Shown: positions 39,083 through 52,795 of the stretch, in pieces
Layout of the letters: every line of letters starts with the position of its first letter
Numbering within the stretch: the first letter of the stretch is position 1
Assembly (NCBI GenBank): GCA_951406725.2
Contig: OX597822.1
Location: forward strand, 20,460,001-20,524,000
Direction of reading: 5' to 3'
Length of the DNA stretch: 64,000 nucleotides
Source of the DNA: Octopus vulgaris
Lineage: Eukaryota
Notes under the pieces: generated by a model
What the model was told of the DNA's origin: nothing
What the model saw: only the letters and a program-made list of their open reading frames with translations
Database searches by the model: none
Program-made: the position numbers and the translations under genes

Positions 39083-39450
39083 TATAAAACTGAGATTGTG
39101 TGTCTGTCTGTGTGAATCCCTAAAACTTGAGAACTACACAATCAATTTCATTCAAATTTTATACATGCCTTGCTTAGGGTCTTTGTAGTGTCTGGGCAAA
39201 AACAATTTTTAACATCTTGCCTAGGGCGAGCCCATAGCAATATCATATCTTCTCCAGTGTGAATCCCTAAAATTCGAGAACTACACAACCAACTTCATTC
39301 AAATTTTACACATGCCTTACTAAAGGTCCTTGTTGTGTCTGGGCAAAAAATGTTTAACTTCTTGCCTAGGGCGAGCCCACAGCAATATTTCATCTTCTCC
39401 ACTATTTCAGTATTACGTGTTAAAAGTGAAACAAAAGCATCTCTCTATTG
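39083..39450 (+). mobile_element. Helitron-like 5' fragment with ~147-bp tandem duplication
   Basis: tataaaactgagattgtgtgtctg start like 32631; gtgtgaatccctaaaa...tatcttctcca duplicated (about 39110-39257 / 39258-39401). Confidence 0.5.
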
Positions 39451-39461
39451 TATGTATATGG

Positions 39462-39524
<63 letters not shown>

Positions 39525-39743
39525 TCAATATCAGGGTAGCAAAAAATTCAATAGAAATTTTTTTGCCACCAGCGGTCTAGTGAGAAAGAAAAAATAGTCA
39601 ACAGACTATATAATGTACATTCAACGATAATATTAAGGAATGGCCTTAATAGGCCATTCAACTCACTAAAACGAGCAGCCAAACTCAAGCCGCTAAATAG
39701 TAGTAATTCAGAAATCAAAGGAAAATTAAAAACATTTACCCTT

Positions 39744-39849
39744 CTTTGGACTATGCATAGTTTAGACGTCCTTTTTGGCAAACCAGCTTAATTAAATTAA
39801 GTTAAATTTAATCAAGTCAATTTACCACTGGCCCGTCTCATCGGCAAAG
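39744..39849 (-). ncRNA. Hammerhead motif with G12 mutated (TAAA), probably inactive
   Basis: CTTTG-CCGATGA-GACG...CGTC-TAAA-perfect palindrome ACTATGCATAGT-C-CAAAG. Confidence 0.7.
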
Positions 39850-40430
39850 AAGCCAGGGGGAGTATATATTCCACGAGGCAACAGCATCGATGCCTTGGGA
39901 ATATATACTCTAAATTTTCAAAATCTACCGTCATCGCGCCAACTTATCAGCAGCAAATATAAACTGCTGATTTAATTTCAGAATTAGCCAAAAAATCATT
40001 AATTAATCAATATCAGGGTAGCAAAAAATTCAATAGAATTTTTTTCGCCACCAGCGGGCTTGTGAGAAAGAAAAAATAGTCAACAGACTATATAATGTAC
40101 ATTTAACAATAATATTAAGGAATGGCCTTAATAGGCCATTCAACTCACTAAAACGAGCAGCTAAACTCAAACCGCTAAATAGTAGTAATTCAGTAATCAA
40201 AGGAAAATTAAAAACATTTACCCTTATCATCTTTGGACTATGCATTGTTTCGACGTACTTTTTGGCAAACCAGCTTAGATGATAAAGGTAAATGTTTTTA
40301 ATTTTCCTTTGATTTCTGAATTACTAATGCTGATAGGTTGGCGCGATGAAGGTAGATTTTGAAAATTTAGAGTATATATTCCCAAGGCATCGATGCTGTT
40401 GCCTCGTGGAATATATACTCCCCCTGGCTT

Positions 40431-40536
40431 CTTTGCCGATGAGACGGGCCAGTGGTAAATTGACTTGATTAAATTAAATTTAATTTAATTAAGCTGGTTT
40501 GCCAAAACGTACGTCGAAACCATGCATAGTCCAAAG
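40431..40536 (+). ncRNA. Type-I hammerhead motif with long stem II (U4C core variant)
   Basis: CTTTG-CCGATGA-GACG-(65-nt hairpin)-CGTC-GAAAC-CATGCATA-GTC-CAAAG. Confidence 0.8.
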
Positions 40537-40646
40537 GTGATAAGGGTAAATGTTTATATGTATATGTATAGATGTCTTTCTATAGATATACATGTATATA
40601 TAAATATGTATGTCTAGATGTATATATAGATGTACATGTAATGTGT

Positions 40647-40722
<76 letters not shown>

Positions 40723-40779
40723 GCATACATATATACACCCATACACACATACACACTGATCCACCCCACACACACACAT

Positions 40780-41090
40780 AGGTGCAGGTGTGGCTGTGTG
40801 GTAACAGACTTGGTTTCAAAACACATGGTCTTCAGTTCAGTCCCACTGTGTGGTAACTTGGCATGTGCCTTCTGCTATAGCCTTGTCAGTGGATTTTGTA
40901 GACAGAAACTGAAACAAATCAATTGTATGTATATGTATGAATATATGTAAGTCTATGTGTGTGTCTTTGTGTTTCTCCCTTATCACTGCTTCACAACCAG
41001 TGTTCGTTTATTTACATCCCCATAACTTACTGGTTTCACAAGAAGAAACTGATAGAATAAGTACCAGGCTTATCAAAATATAAAAAAAGC
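40780..41090 (+). mobile_element. SINE family A, diverged; 3' part tandemly duplicated
   Basis: aggtgcaggtgtggctgtgtggtaa...agttcagtcccactg...gatagaataagtacc. Confidence 0.75.
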
Positions 41091-41148
41091 ACTATGCAGT
41101 GTCTCATATTTTTGTTTGCCCACTCAGTTGTATCTATCAATTTATCTT

Positions 41149-41190
<42 letters not shown>

Positions 41191-41282
41191 CATACATATA
41201 TAAATATGTGTGTGGATTTCGTGGACAGGAACTGAAACAATCAATCGTATATATATGTATGTATATATGTAAGAGTATGTGT

Positions 41283-43762
41283 TTTGGTATTGACAACATG
41301 AATGACAATGGTCAGAGACTACTTGAATTTTGCACATACCGTAACCCGCGCATCACCAACACATTCTTTGCCAACAAGACATCCCACAAGGCATCTTGGA
41401 GACATCCAAGGTCTCATCACTGGCATCAGCTGAATCTCATCATTACACGAAGATCCTTTCTGAATTCTGCTCAACTGACCCGTAGTTACCACAGCGTGGA
41501 TTGTGACACAAATTATTCACTAATAAGAAGCGGGGTGAGGATTCTGCCTAAAAACGTCCATCACTCCATGAAAATGGGTCAAATACGCATTAACACTGGC
41601 AGAACCTCGGACCCTACACTGCGACAATGTTTTGCTGTTTCTATCAAGGTTGCACTCAGTAGCTGCCCAACCTCCTCTGCTGAAAGTAGGTGGAATTATA
41701 TCAGGGAAGCTTTGTATACCACATCAGTTGATACTTTCGGCATGAGAGAAAGGAAAAACCCAGATTGGTTCAGTGCTGGGCTCTCAGAGATGGAAACAAT
41801 TATCGAAGCAAAGCGTGCAGCTCCGATGCAATACAAGAGTGATTCTTCAACAAAGTCACTCGAAGAACTCAGAAAGGCAAGAAATGAAACCCAACAGACT
41901 GCCAGACGCTGTACAAATAGGTACTGGCAGGAAATCTGTCAGAGTATCCAGTCAGCTGCTGACAGTGGCGACACCCGCGGGATGTATGCCGGTTTGAAGA
42001 AGGCCCTCAGTCCATACGCAACCAAGTCAGCCCCTCTGAAATCAACTACTGGGGATCTCATCAAGGACCAAAGCAAGCAAATGGGTAGAGTACTACAAGG
42101 ATCTGTACTCACGAGAGACCACGGTAGCTGAGGCTGCAATCGAGGGTGTCAAGATCTTGACAGTCATGTGTAAACTTGACAGTCTGTCATCTATAGCAGA
42201 GCTCACCAAGTCTATTGACTCCCTAGCAAGTAACAAGGCTCCGGGAAAAGACGGCATCCCCTTAGAGATCATCAAAACCGGCAAAAACACCATCCTGCTT
42301 CGGCACATTCATGAGCTTCTGTGTCAGTGCTGAGAAGAGGGTACAGTCCCTCAGGATATTCGGGATGCTAACAGCATTACGCTTTACAAAAACAAAGGTG
42401 ACCGTGGTGATTGTAACAATTACCGTGGAATATCTCTTCTAAGCACTGTTGGAAAGGCCTCTGCTCGCATTATCCTGTCCAGGCTACAACTGCTTGCTTC
42501 TCGAATTTATCTAGAATCGCAGTGTGGCTTTAGAAGAAGCAGATCAACTATTGACATGATATTCTCCATACGCCAACTTCAGGAGAAGTCCAGAGAGCAG
42601 AAAATGTCATTATATATGGCCTTCATTGATCGGCCTTTGACTTGGTAAGTAGAAAAGGTCTCTTTATCCTGCTCCAAAAAATCGGATGTCCACCAAAGCT
42701 GCTGAGGATCATCAAATCTTTCCATGATGATATGCAAGGCACCATACAGAACAATAGTTCAACATCAGCCGCCTTCCAAATAAAAATCGGGATAAAGCAA
42801 GCTTGTGTCCTTGCTCCTACATTATTTGTCATCTTCTTCTCGCTGCTGCTGTCACATGTCGTTGAGACATCAGATGATGGATTGTTTCTGCACAGTAGAA
42901 GTGATGGGAAATTGTTCAATCTCTCGCGTCTGCGTGCCAAGACCAAAATCAGAAGCGTCCTGATCAAGGAGATGCTATTTGCTGATGGTGCCGCTCTGGT
43001 ATCACACACAGAAGAAGCTCATCAACTGCTTTGAGCAAGCATGTGGCAACTTTGGCTTAGTTATCAGCCTCAAGAAGACCAACATCATGGGTCAGGCTAC
43101 ATCGACCACTCCAAACATACATATTGGAGACCACAGACTACAGGAGGTGGAGAAGTTTACCTATCTTGGCTCTACCGTCACCTACAACCTATTCCGTGAT
43201 GCTGAGCTCAATATACGCATTGGCAAGGCAGCTGCTGTGATGGCCCAACTCTCCAAACGGGCATGGGACAACAATAAGCTGACCAAGACCACAAACATGA
43301 AGATTTACCAGGCATGTGTACTTACCACTCTACTGTATGGAAGTGAGACTTGGACACCATACACACGCCATACGTCGCCTAAATATCTTTCACCTGCGCT
43401 GCCTCCGGAAAATCCTTCACATCAGATGGCAGAATCATGTCCCCAACAAAGATGTCCTCAAGCAAGCAGGAATACCAAGCATGTTTGCACTCCTCACACA
43501 AAGACGTATGAGATAGCTTGGACATGTTAGCCCTTACGATACAAGGACGTTTGCAAAAGGAACATGAATGCCTGCAACATCAATATTACCAACTGGGAAG
43601 CAGTTGCCAGCAACCGTGGAGATTGGCGACGTACCGTAAAAGAGGGAACACAAAGAAGTGACATAGAGAGAGAGGAGAACTGGAAAGACAAGAAAACACG
43701 TCAACAAGAAACTATGACATTACAACCAGCCAGGCAAAGTCTTCGCTACATTTGCGGCACCT
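41283..43762 (+). mobile_element. 5'-truncated RTE-clade LINE (APE C-terminus + RT), frameshifted
   Basis: NDNGQRLLEFC...ITNTFF...SWRHPRSHHWHQL; KAPGKDGIPLE; NYRGISLLS; ESQCGFRRSRSTIDMIF; KQACVLAPTLF; LFADG (from FADD); FTYLGS; LLYGSETW. Confidence 0.93.
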
Positions 43763-43945
43763 CATCACTGCTTCGCAACTGCTGTTCATTTATTTACATC
43801 CACTTAACTTACTGGTTTTACAAGAACAAACTAATAGAATAAGTACTAGGCTTATCAACATAAAAAAGCACTAGGCTGTGTCTCATACTTTTGTTTGCCC
43901 ACTCAGTTGTATCTATCAATTTATCTTTGTATGTGTGTGTGTCTA

Positions 43946-44030
<85 letters not shown>

Positions 44031-44039
44031 GTCTATCAA

Positions 44040-44111
<72 letters not shown>

Positions 44112-45099
44112 ACACTCTAATGGGAGCCTTAACCCCCAAATTTTAGTAATTTCTTTTATGATCCAAATTAGGTCAAAATTACTGAATGTATCTTTATGAA
44201 ATTTGGGAATTATATTCTATGCATAAGGGCCATAACCCTCATGACAATTCATATATTTTTGCTGTTGAAATTTTAACCATAGATATTAGATACAAATGAA
44301 GTAATATTTATAAAATTTTATCTTCCTTCAAAGTTAGAAAGACCCCTCCATGGGGACTTAACACGCACAATTTTGTCATTTCATCTAAGCAAAAACTAAT
44401 ACAGTTGTGCTCTTGGAAACTGTAGGGTTACCCGAGGATAACAGTTGGGCATTATTTCTAATTCAATGGTACAACAGTGTAACAGTTTGCTGTCCAGTTA
44501 CATATCAGTATAGTGGTCATTTGCAAACTCCAACTTTCATTTCTCCTTAGCCCTCACGTCACACAGTTGTTAATGTTAATTTCAGTTGGGTCACGCCTTT
44601 CCAATTGTTAAAGATCCGTAATGCATCTTACGGCTGTGCCTGTCACTTGGATGGTGAGGAATCCTACATTGGGAGTGGTAACGACTAGGGTAGGGTAACT
44701 AACTGCTTATTGTGATCATTCGTCTTTTGGTCTCCTGTAGCTTTGCTCTCTTTTACAACCCCAGTGAACATATATTTCCTATTTCAAAGAAATTCAAACA
44801 ATAGATATAAGACCCAAGTTAAAAACTTTCAACAATTCAACTTCTCTGGTTGAAATTAAGATGCCCACCCCCAACAGGGGCCTTAACTCTCACATTTTAG
44901 AGCTCCATGACCTTCATTTTTCAGAAGCAAAATCTTTTTAACAGGTTCAATAAGACTGGAATTTTGGAATATGTGCATAAAAATCAGTAGTATGGGATAC
45001 ATGTGGCACGATTACAATTTTTTAGCGTGTGTAAAGAGGGAAATAACCCACATCTGCAATTTTGATGAAATTCGAAACATAGGTATTCCAGTTCATTAC

Positions 45100-45167
45100 A
45101 GAAGATATAACAGAAGAGTCTAATTCTTCAATTGAATGTAACCGGGCAACGCCGGGTATCTCTGCTA
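45100..45167 (+). mobile_element. Helitron 3' terminus
   Basis: Hairpin ccgggcaacgccggg, then tatctctgCTAG followed by T. Confidence 0.6.
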
Positions 45168-45309
45168 GTAATAGATAAAGGATGACCGATAAATCAACGA
45201 AGTCATATATCACAATCTCTCACACAAAATATAAAAGAGTTAAATCCGTGAAGGTAGTTTCTTAGTAAGGGTTATATCTCTCAACCAATTCTTATTTCTT
45301 TATTGCCTC

Positions 45310-45566
45310 AGAACGAGGCGGCAGACAAAATACCTATTTCTTTACTACCCACAAGGGGCTAAACATAGAGGGAACGAACAAGGACAGACAAACGGATAAA
45401 GTCGATTACATCGACCCCAGAGTTCAACTGGTACTTAATTTATCGACCCCGAAAGGATGAAAGCAAAGTCGACCTCGGCGAAATTTGAACTCAGAACGTA
45501 ACGGCAGACAAAATACGGCTACGCATTTCGCCCGGCGTGCTAATGTTTCTGCCAGCTCGCCGCCTT
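45310..45566 (-). mobile_element. SINE family B
   Basis: Reverse complement of ggcggcgagctggcagaaacattagcacgccgggcgaaatgcgtagccg...gtcgataaattaagtacc. Confidence 0.85.
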
Positions 45567-46694
45567 ATCTGTCAACCAGTTCTTTTATCATGATGGCATA
45601 ACTTTGATGACTCATTTCCCGGTAAATACAACTTTAACAATGACAGCCATGAAACGAAATGGCAGAATTATTAAAATACTGGATGAATATGCCTTACGGT
45701 ATTTATTCTGTCTCACTGCGTTGTGAGTTTATATTTCACAGAAGTTAAATTTATTTTTCATGTGTGGTAAATATAGTATCAACCTCGTTGTATCAATGGA
45801 ATAAAGAAATTATTAGGTTGTCAAAACGAAAATCGTTGGATAATTTATTCTGTTTCTATTCTACTCTAATCCCTTTTATGCTGATTTTGCTCTTCATCTT
45901 TATAAGGTAAATAAATATAGTAATAGTGTAATGCAATATTGGTGAAACATTATGGCGTCGAACGAAAATCTGTGCAGCATTTATTCTGGTTCCTTGAATT
46001 CTATTTTCAATCACTTCGTAGCATATTTGGGCTGTAGATTTTATGCTTCGTTTGCACCATTACCTGGTTTTCGGGCACATTCAATAGAGTTCACTCTGGT
46101 GTAAGTGGGCCTCCGGTCTGAGATTACATTCTTACTATTCTCCCTCCTCTAGTATTCGAGACCCAGTAAGTAGTGACGGGTTTGCCCTTCCTTCTTCCCT
46201 AAGCGAGAGAAACATGTCCGAAAAGGAGGTTATTCAAAGGAACTCTTATGAGATGTTTGTTGCATTCATTCAATGGTTATTTTTCAGATGCAATATTCAG
46301 AGACAAATGGAAACAAAGTAACCTGGTGAAAGTAAAACTTTCATAACGGAATTAATGAGAAATAGAGATGATAGTCGGAAATCAATCTAGCAACTAACCT
46401 ATGGGACTTCTCGTAATGGTTCTAGATAAGACAGGTGTAATATTTTCAACCATTAAATAATATACTGTCCCTGCCCCAATTATTTATTCTAATACTTAAC
46501 CATGGATACATCCATATAATCGTCAGAGACAAACACGATCGAATGTTGGCGGAAAAATTGCAGCATACTGCATGAAAGTCTGGAAAACCTTTTACTATTC
46601 AATGCTTCCTGGTCATATAGTTGAATTCATCTGGCAGGAAAATCTTTGATCAATCATCGGGCGAAAAATTCGCAATATTTCACCCATATTAAGT

Positions 46695-46910
46695 CAGCGC
46701 GCTGGCAAAATCGTTAGCAGACCAGGCAAAATGCTTAGCAGCATTTTGTCCATCTTTACATTTTGAGTTCAAATTACGTCGAGGTCAGCTTCGCCTTTCA
46801 TCCTATCGGAGTCGATTAGAATAAGTACCAGTTAAGCACAGGCGTCGATGCAACTAACTTATCTTCTCCACAGAAACTGTTGGCCTTGTACCAAAATTTG
46901 AAATCAATAG
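46695..46910 (+). mobile_element. SINE family B
   Basis: gctggcaaaatcgttagca...gagttcaaatt...gcctttcatcctatcggagtcgat. Confidence 0.75.
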
Positions 46911-49149
46911 TTTACCCATATTTCCCAGTGATGTTCCATGAGTTTTTAGTTTCATTCTCAGTAAATTTATATATAACACTAAGTAATATTAAAAGACTAA
47001 ATAATATCAGTTATGCTATTTAGTATTTTAAACATTGGCACCAACTATTTCAGTTTACGTATATGGACATGATGTGGACATTAACACTGAAACCAGAATG
47101 AATGTCTGACTATCAATTTTTCTGTGTCGCATAATACAAGGCGGTAATCTTGCACTCTTTAAGTTTTTCTCACAGAGTAGTGAGCAAACACTTTGAAAGT
47201 TTACTGTTTTCTATTTACAAAAACGTTTTCTTTTTTCACAAACATAAAATCTCATTCCTAATTTACTGGCTGACTGCTATTTAGAAGTGAGCAATGGAAC
47301 TGATAGACGGATATTTCAGTATTCATGTTGAGCAGACAGAATTTGTAAATAATATGACTTGCACGAAGGAAGTGACCCCTATCTTTTGTTGGCCTTACCA
47401 CAAAGACAAAGTCAATGGTGTTGATGTTCAACTTAAACTTCTTAATTTGATGTATGAGCGAAGAACATGAATTGAGGAAGAATTGTAGAGGGATGTATGA
47501 AATATTTTGAGAAAATGACTGGTTTACCGTAGAAGTTCAATGTTGAGATAAAGTAGTAATGACGACAGCGTTAGAACCTGGATGTTGGTGGTATGCAGCT
47601 AACTACTTCAGAAAGTGAGGGGAGTTGTACAGAAGCGTGCCAGGTTGTAGTGCAACTGAGTATTTACTAATCAGCTGGAAACAAAAAGTTGTGACATTTA
47701 TGTCTTTACGTAATAGTAAATATTACAAAAGGGAAATGCCACCGATTTTGACTTTGCCAAGGACCCGCGAACATAAATGCTTTATCGTCTACTTTGTTCA
47801 TGTTCGTCAATTTATCGAAATTTTGAGGTGGAAATAAATTTTCAAAGATATGTGTTAAATCGATATAAACTTGTCCCAAATTGCTTCATCTACGATTTCC
47901 TGCTCTCTTTAGATGAGTACCATTCTTATTTGTACTCTATTCTCAACATTTCGCAACATTTTGGCATTAGTTTGTGTTTGTTTCCATTCCAAAATAGTTT
48001 CACAATTCGTTTGAACAATAAGCTTCTTGCTGTTTTCAATGTTATAATATGTTTTTGTCTTGAATCATACTCAAGTGTGCTATTATTTGAATACTGGCCT
48101 TGCAGATTGAGTTTGACAGTGTTAACAGAAAATAAAAATCAAGATAGCGGACTGGCTTTTAGCTAAACAAAAATGTTGCACTCGTTAATGTTCTCCTCCT
48201 TCCTACCATCTCCCTTCGTTTACGCTCTTAATTCTTCGAGGAATAGCAAAAACGTCAAAAAAATTTACAGAGACATCTCGAATAGGAGCGCGGCATTATG
48301 GCTATGTAAGAAATAATATTCTTCAAGTGTTGATTGAAATATGTAACTGTAATATATTGGTTCAATTTAATCAATTATAACTTTTCTCGCACAAAAGTTG
48401 GGCTTATATCTTCTCAAGAGAATTCATATTTCTTATTGTTGAAGTAGTTTTTGTAGTTGTTATTATATAATTATTCTTTCTAGGAATGATGTTCTCATAA
48501 TATGATGGGTATGTGTATCGTCAGAATACAAGTGAAATTGATTAAATGTGACAGTATCAACGGAACATTGTAAAAATAGCGGTTTAACTTATAGTTAAAC
48601 TAAAATGGCGTTCTTATCTCTGAGCTAACTGAGGGAAGTATGAACATTTCAACGTCTGTTTCTCTCGTATATTTATTTAAATCACAAGAATTGATAATAC
48701 CCTTCACAGTTTATAAAATATGTACCATAATATATTGGCTCTTCCTTCTACAAATTTCTGAAATCTATAATTTTATAGTTGAGCAGAATTAGATTTCATG
48801 AGTTGCATGATTTTTATGAAAACTATACGAATTATTATTGCTGTTGTTTATCGGTAAACCTTCTCTAAACAAAAATTCTTTTGTAAAACATCTTCCGCAC
48901 GGCACCATCTATTTTCTTGTTTTCTTTTTTGGTATATCGTTTGCCCATGTAATCTTTATTTAAGATGGTAATGTAACACTTAATAAAGATTTATTTGTTA
49001 TTTCTATTTGTTGAAACAACTACGTTCTTCATGCAGGGTCAGTAAATTAAATACCAGTAATTTTCATAAATAAATGTAGCTTCAACTGGGGGAAGTTTGT
49101 TGTAGCCCTAAAGTAACTAAAGGCATTCATATGGGTTTCCTCGGTGGAA

Positions 49150-50720
49150 TATGTATCTCTAGGTCACTCAGCACGATATCAGGAATATATTGCATTCGCT
49201 AGAATAAAAATTCGAGATATCATTCGAGTGTAAAACTTTCGGTGGAGTTCTGATCAATTTTGATAAATCTAAAGCACTCGATGGGGTCGACCATCGTTAC
49301 TTGGATATAATCCTTAAATTGGCCATTCGCTGCAATACACAACGGTACCTGCTCAGTGGTCAAAGTAGACGGTCACCTATCGGAACAGTTCGCATCGCAC
49401 GCTCTGTCCATTAGAGCTGACCACTGTCACCTCCTCTGTACGTACTGACTTTCGAACCACTACTGCTGAAACTGGGACAGTTGTGGAGCATTCCTTTCGA
49501 ACTGGGAGACGGGAGGGAAGTGTCGACGTATGCGGACGATGTCATCGTCATGGTATCAGATGTCTCTGAAACGAAGACATTCGACACCATTCTAAAGGAA
49601 TCGAGTCGGTGACAGGGGCTAAAATCAACACTGACAATTCGGTAGGTTTGAGACTGGGCATCTGGAGAGGCAGGTACATGCTATCGGACGGCATCGGTAA
49701 ACGCTGGACTGGCCCAGTCCTTATTCCCCTCCAGTTGGATAAGAACCGGGTCATCTGTGAGGTGGCTAACAGAGTGGCTATTCTTACTCAGAAATAGGCA
49801 GAGAGGAAGCTGTTTCTGAAATGTCGGGCAGAAGTGGCGAATGCCTACACCGCCTCCATTATTATTCATCGCCAGGCCGTCGTGTCTTGTCCCGGCTATT
49901 GCTTGAGAAAACGTCACGCTGTAATGGTCAGGCGGTCAGTCTACTGCCAGCACCCTCCGCGTGGTTGCTGATGCCCAGATATGCGCTGACATGGCGCTAC
50001 CTACAACGATTCCTGGATAGTGAACATGTGTGATCTCTGTTCGTGAAACAAGTCTTTTCGCTGCTCGCGTCCTGACGGAGATTCAGTCCTGGGTGAAGGA
50101 AAACCCGATACCGGGAACCTGATACCCTGAGTATCATTAGGCGCTAACAACCCTCTACCAGATGGGCAACGGCGTCGGTGGATGTTACACTCTAGCAATA
50201 TATAGTGGAAAGGAAGTATGAAGGCGTTCTCGAGGTGACTCTGGGCGTTGAACTAAACGTCTACAGGCTTCGTAGTAACGTCAGCCGCACCTGCCCGAAA
50301 AGAACGCGGAACGACGAAACCGTTCAACACGCATTCATTCAACGCTCGAACATTGTTGACTTGTGGAGTTAAGTGGAACACCTGCTGTAGCGTGAAGGAG
50401 GGATCTGGCTATCCGTCGACTCCATCGTGAATATCGCCCCGCTGCCTTCCTTTAGCCAGGAAAAGCTGACAGGTTTTCTCTGTCTGGTGGCCATAGAGAA
50501 AGACGTTGTGTATTGGATGCAATTCAAAGGCTTGAAGGCAGGTACTTTCCTCTCCAGCAAAGCCCTCATCAACTTTTATTTTCAGGCTCTGCTTGGAGTA
50601 GGAAGTGAATTTGGGGAGAGAGGTACGGTCTTCTAGCAAATTTGTTGAATGGTGAATGTAGCCAGAAAGACCCGAGCAAATGAACTTACTGAAAGCATGA
50701 ACCAGTCGGCTGGAATTTAC
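49150..50720 (+). mobile_element. Decayed Tx1/L1-clade LINE (RT + CCHC)
   Basis: FDKSKA.DGVDHRYL; YADD at 49529-49540; VTGAKIN; TCPK...ETVQHAFI. Confidence 0.8.
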
Positions 50721-51161
50721 GGAGAAGAGAGAAGCAACTTCCATAGTGCTCAATGAGTTAATGGGAAGGAGCAGCCGGAATAAAAAGCAGCCACATTTAG
50801 TGATTATTGTTTAGGTTTGAAAAATTTGTTTCGCAAATACGGGACCTGTGGGTTTCCTTAGTTGCTCGTGGGTGACGCTACTCCTATTGCGGAATTTTAT
50901 TGTTTGTAATTTATATAAATTTATATGTAATTTATATAGTTTTATTGTTTACATGTTTTATACAACCCTCACCGCTATCCTTTGTCTTGTATCGCTCTTT
51001 TGCTCAATGTGCGGATCTTGTGGCCTATAAAGAAAGAATTATTAGTATTATTATTGTTGTTGTTGTTGTTGTTGTTGTTATCATTTTCTCTTCATCACAG
51101 GTTTTGTTAGAGCTCCTGAATTACTATTATTATTATTATTATTATAATTATTGTTGTTATT

Positions 51162-51570
51162 AAGGCGGCAGAATCGTTAGCACGCCGGGGGAAATGCTTA
51201 GTTGTATTTCGACTGTCGCTACGTCCTGAATTCAAATTCCGCCGAGGTCGACTTTGCCTTTCATCATTTCGGGGTCGATAAATTAAGTACCAGTTGAGTA
51301 CTGAGATCCATGTAATCGACTACCCTCTCTCCCAAATTTCAAATTATTGTTATTATTATTAAGTTGGCGAGGTGGCACAATCATTAGGAAGACAAAATGC
51401 TTAGCGGCATTTCGTCTTCTTTACGCTGTGAGTTCAAATTCCGCCGAAGTCGACTTTGCTTTTCAACGTTTCGGGGCTGATAAAATAGGTACCAGGTGAG
51501 CACTGCGGTCGATGCAATCGACTTACTCACTCCACTCAAAATTACCGATCTTGTATAAAAAATTTGAAAG
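51162..51570 (+). mobile_element. Two tandem SINE family B copies
   Basis: Heads at about 51162 and 51362, each with gccga.gtcgactttgc core, preceded by (ATT)n. Confidence 0.8.
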
Positions 51571-52546
51571 CATTGCAATTATTCTCTTCAGATCGATAAA
51601 GTAACTATCAGTGATAATACTTATTTAATTGAATAAATATATGTATTTATCATTAGTCTAAGGCGAAGTCAAGATGTCAACATAACATTTGATTAATAAA
51701 ATATCATAAGATTCTATGGTTAATTCAATTATTCATAAACCTATTATAAATTCCATTCGTATTTATGACCTCTTCCATGCTTCTCGAAATTTTTCTTTTA
51801 TTCTCTCCAGCACCGCTATCTTCTTCAGCTTTTCTCTTTTCCTTTACATGATTTTCTCCATTTCTTCTTCAATCGATTTTCCTCTTTTATATTCGTTCCT
51901 TTCTTCTCTCCATGCTAACTACCTGTTGACAAAAGCCATATCGTTGACCGCTTAGCCTTCAGCATTTGTTCCTTTTCTCTTTAATTCTAAATTTCTTTTA
52001 TTTCTCGGGTTTAACTTCAGCACATGTTGACACCCTACTTCTTTGTACATTGCCATACTGCGATGATGTGCCTCACTCCACTCATTCCTTCACCTTGTCT
52101 TCTCCTTTGTATCTTTCTTTCTCCCTTTCGCTCTCTTAAAACCGAACGCACGCACACACACGCACGTACACACCACACACACACCACACACATACACACA
52201 CACACACACACATACTGAGTCGTCAGAAAAAGAAAAATTTCGTCAGAAATCAATGAATATATATTAAATTTATGTTTCAAGAAAATACAAAGAAAACGTC
52301 TGTGAAATACAGCAAGAACGGTTAGTATGGAACTTCCCGTAAAAGCTAAACACTGAATATGGGGCAAAAATACAAATAGAATATTTTACAACACGTCATA
52401 GTTAAACATTTATCACTCTGGAACTTAAAAAGATGGTGACTAAATGGAGGAATGAGTGTTGAGTGCGCGATCTGGGAGCGAGGTGAGAGGAGATCGAAGA
52501 AAAGAGGAGATTGTTTTGTCAGATAGATCTGGAAGAAGATGGTACA

Positions 52547-52795
52547 CAGCTAGTTATTTCAAAGTTAGCTAGTTCGCAGTTAACTAGTTCGCACCTAACT
52601 AGTTCACACCTAGCTAGTTCGCAACTAACAATTTCACACCTAGCTAGTTTACAGTTAGCTAATTCGCAATTACTTAGATCATAGCTAGTTAGTTCAAAAC
52701 TAGCTAGTTTGCACCTAGCTTATTCACAGCTAGCTAGTTCATAGTTAGCCGCTACCCAGCTACTTATTTCATAGCTTGCTGCTTGCTACTTCGCA
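52547..52795. repeat. ~17-bp tandem repeat (agctagttcgcacct-like)
   Basis: More than 10 degenerate units of agctagttc.ca. Confidence 0.8.

Larger units (their letters stand above)
39521..40555. mobile_element. HHR-bearing ~482-bp non-coding unit in partial tandem plus inverted arrangement
   Basis: 39521-40002 followed by partial copy 40003-40277, then inverted pieces 40278-40326 and 40328-40555; (TA)n at left, TA-rich low-complexity tract at right. Confidence 0.85.

Noticed and set aside
41094-42131. 345-aa ORF as a host gene
   Set aside because: N-terminus is SINE/microsatellite-derived and the remainder is RTE LINE sequence
39083-45167. One large Helitron capturing the HHR locus and RTE
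   Set aside because: No evidence that the 5' fragment and 3' terminus belong to the same insertion
46280-46330. Possible host exon (tttttcag...ctg/gtga)
   Set aside because: Weak donor, no recognisable peptide and no partner exons; short host exons elsewhere cannot be excluded without RNA-seq
52547-52795. CRISPR-like array (also 58653-58733)
   Set aside because: Contiguous degenerate tandem units without unique spacers; eukaryotic context; no cas genes
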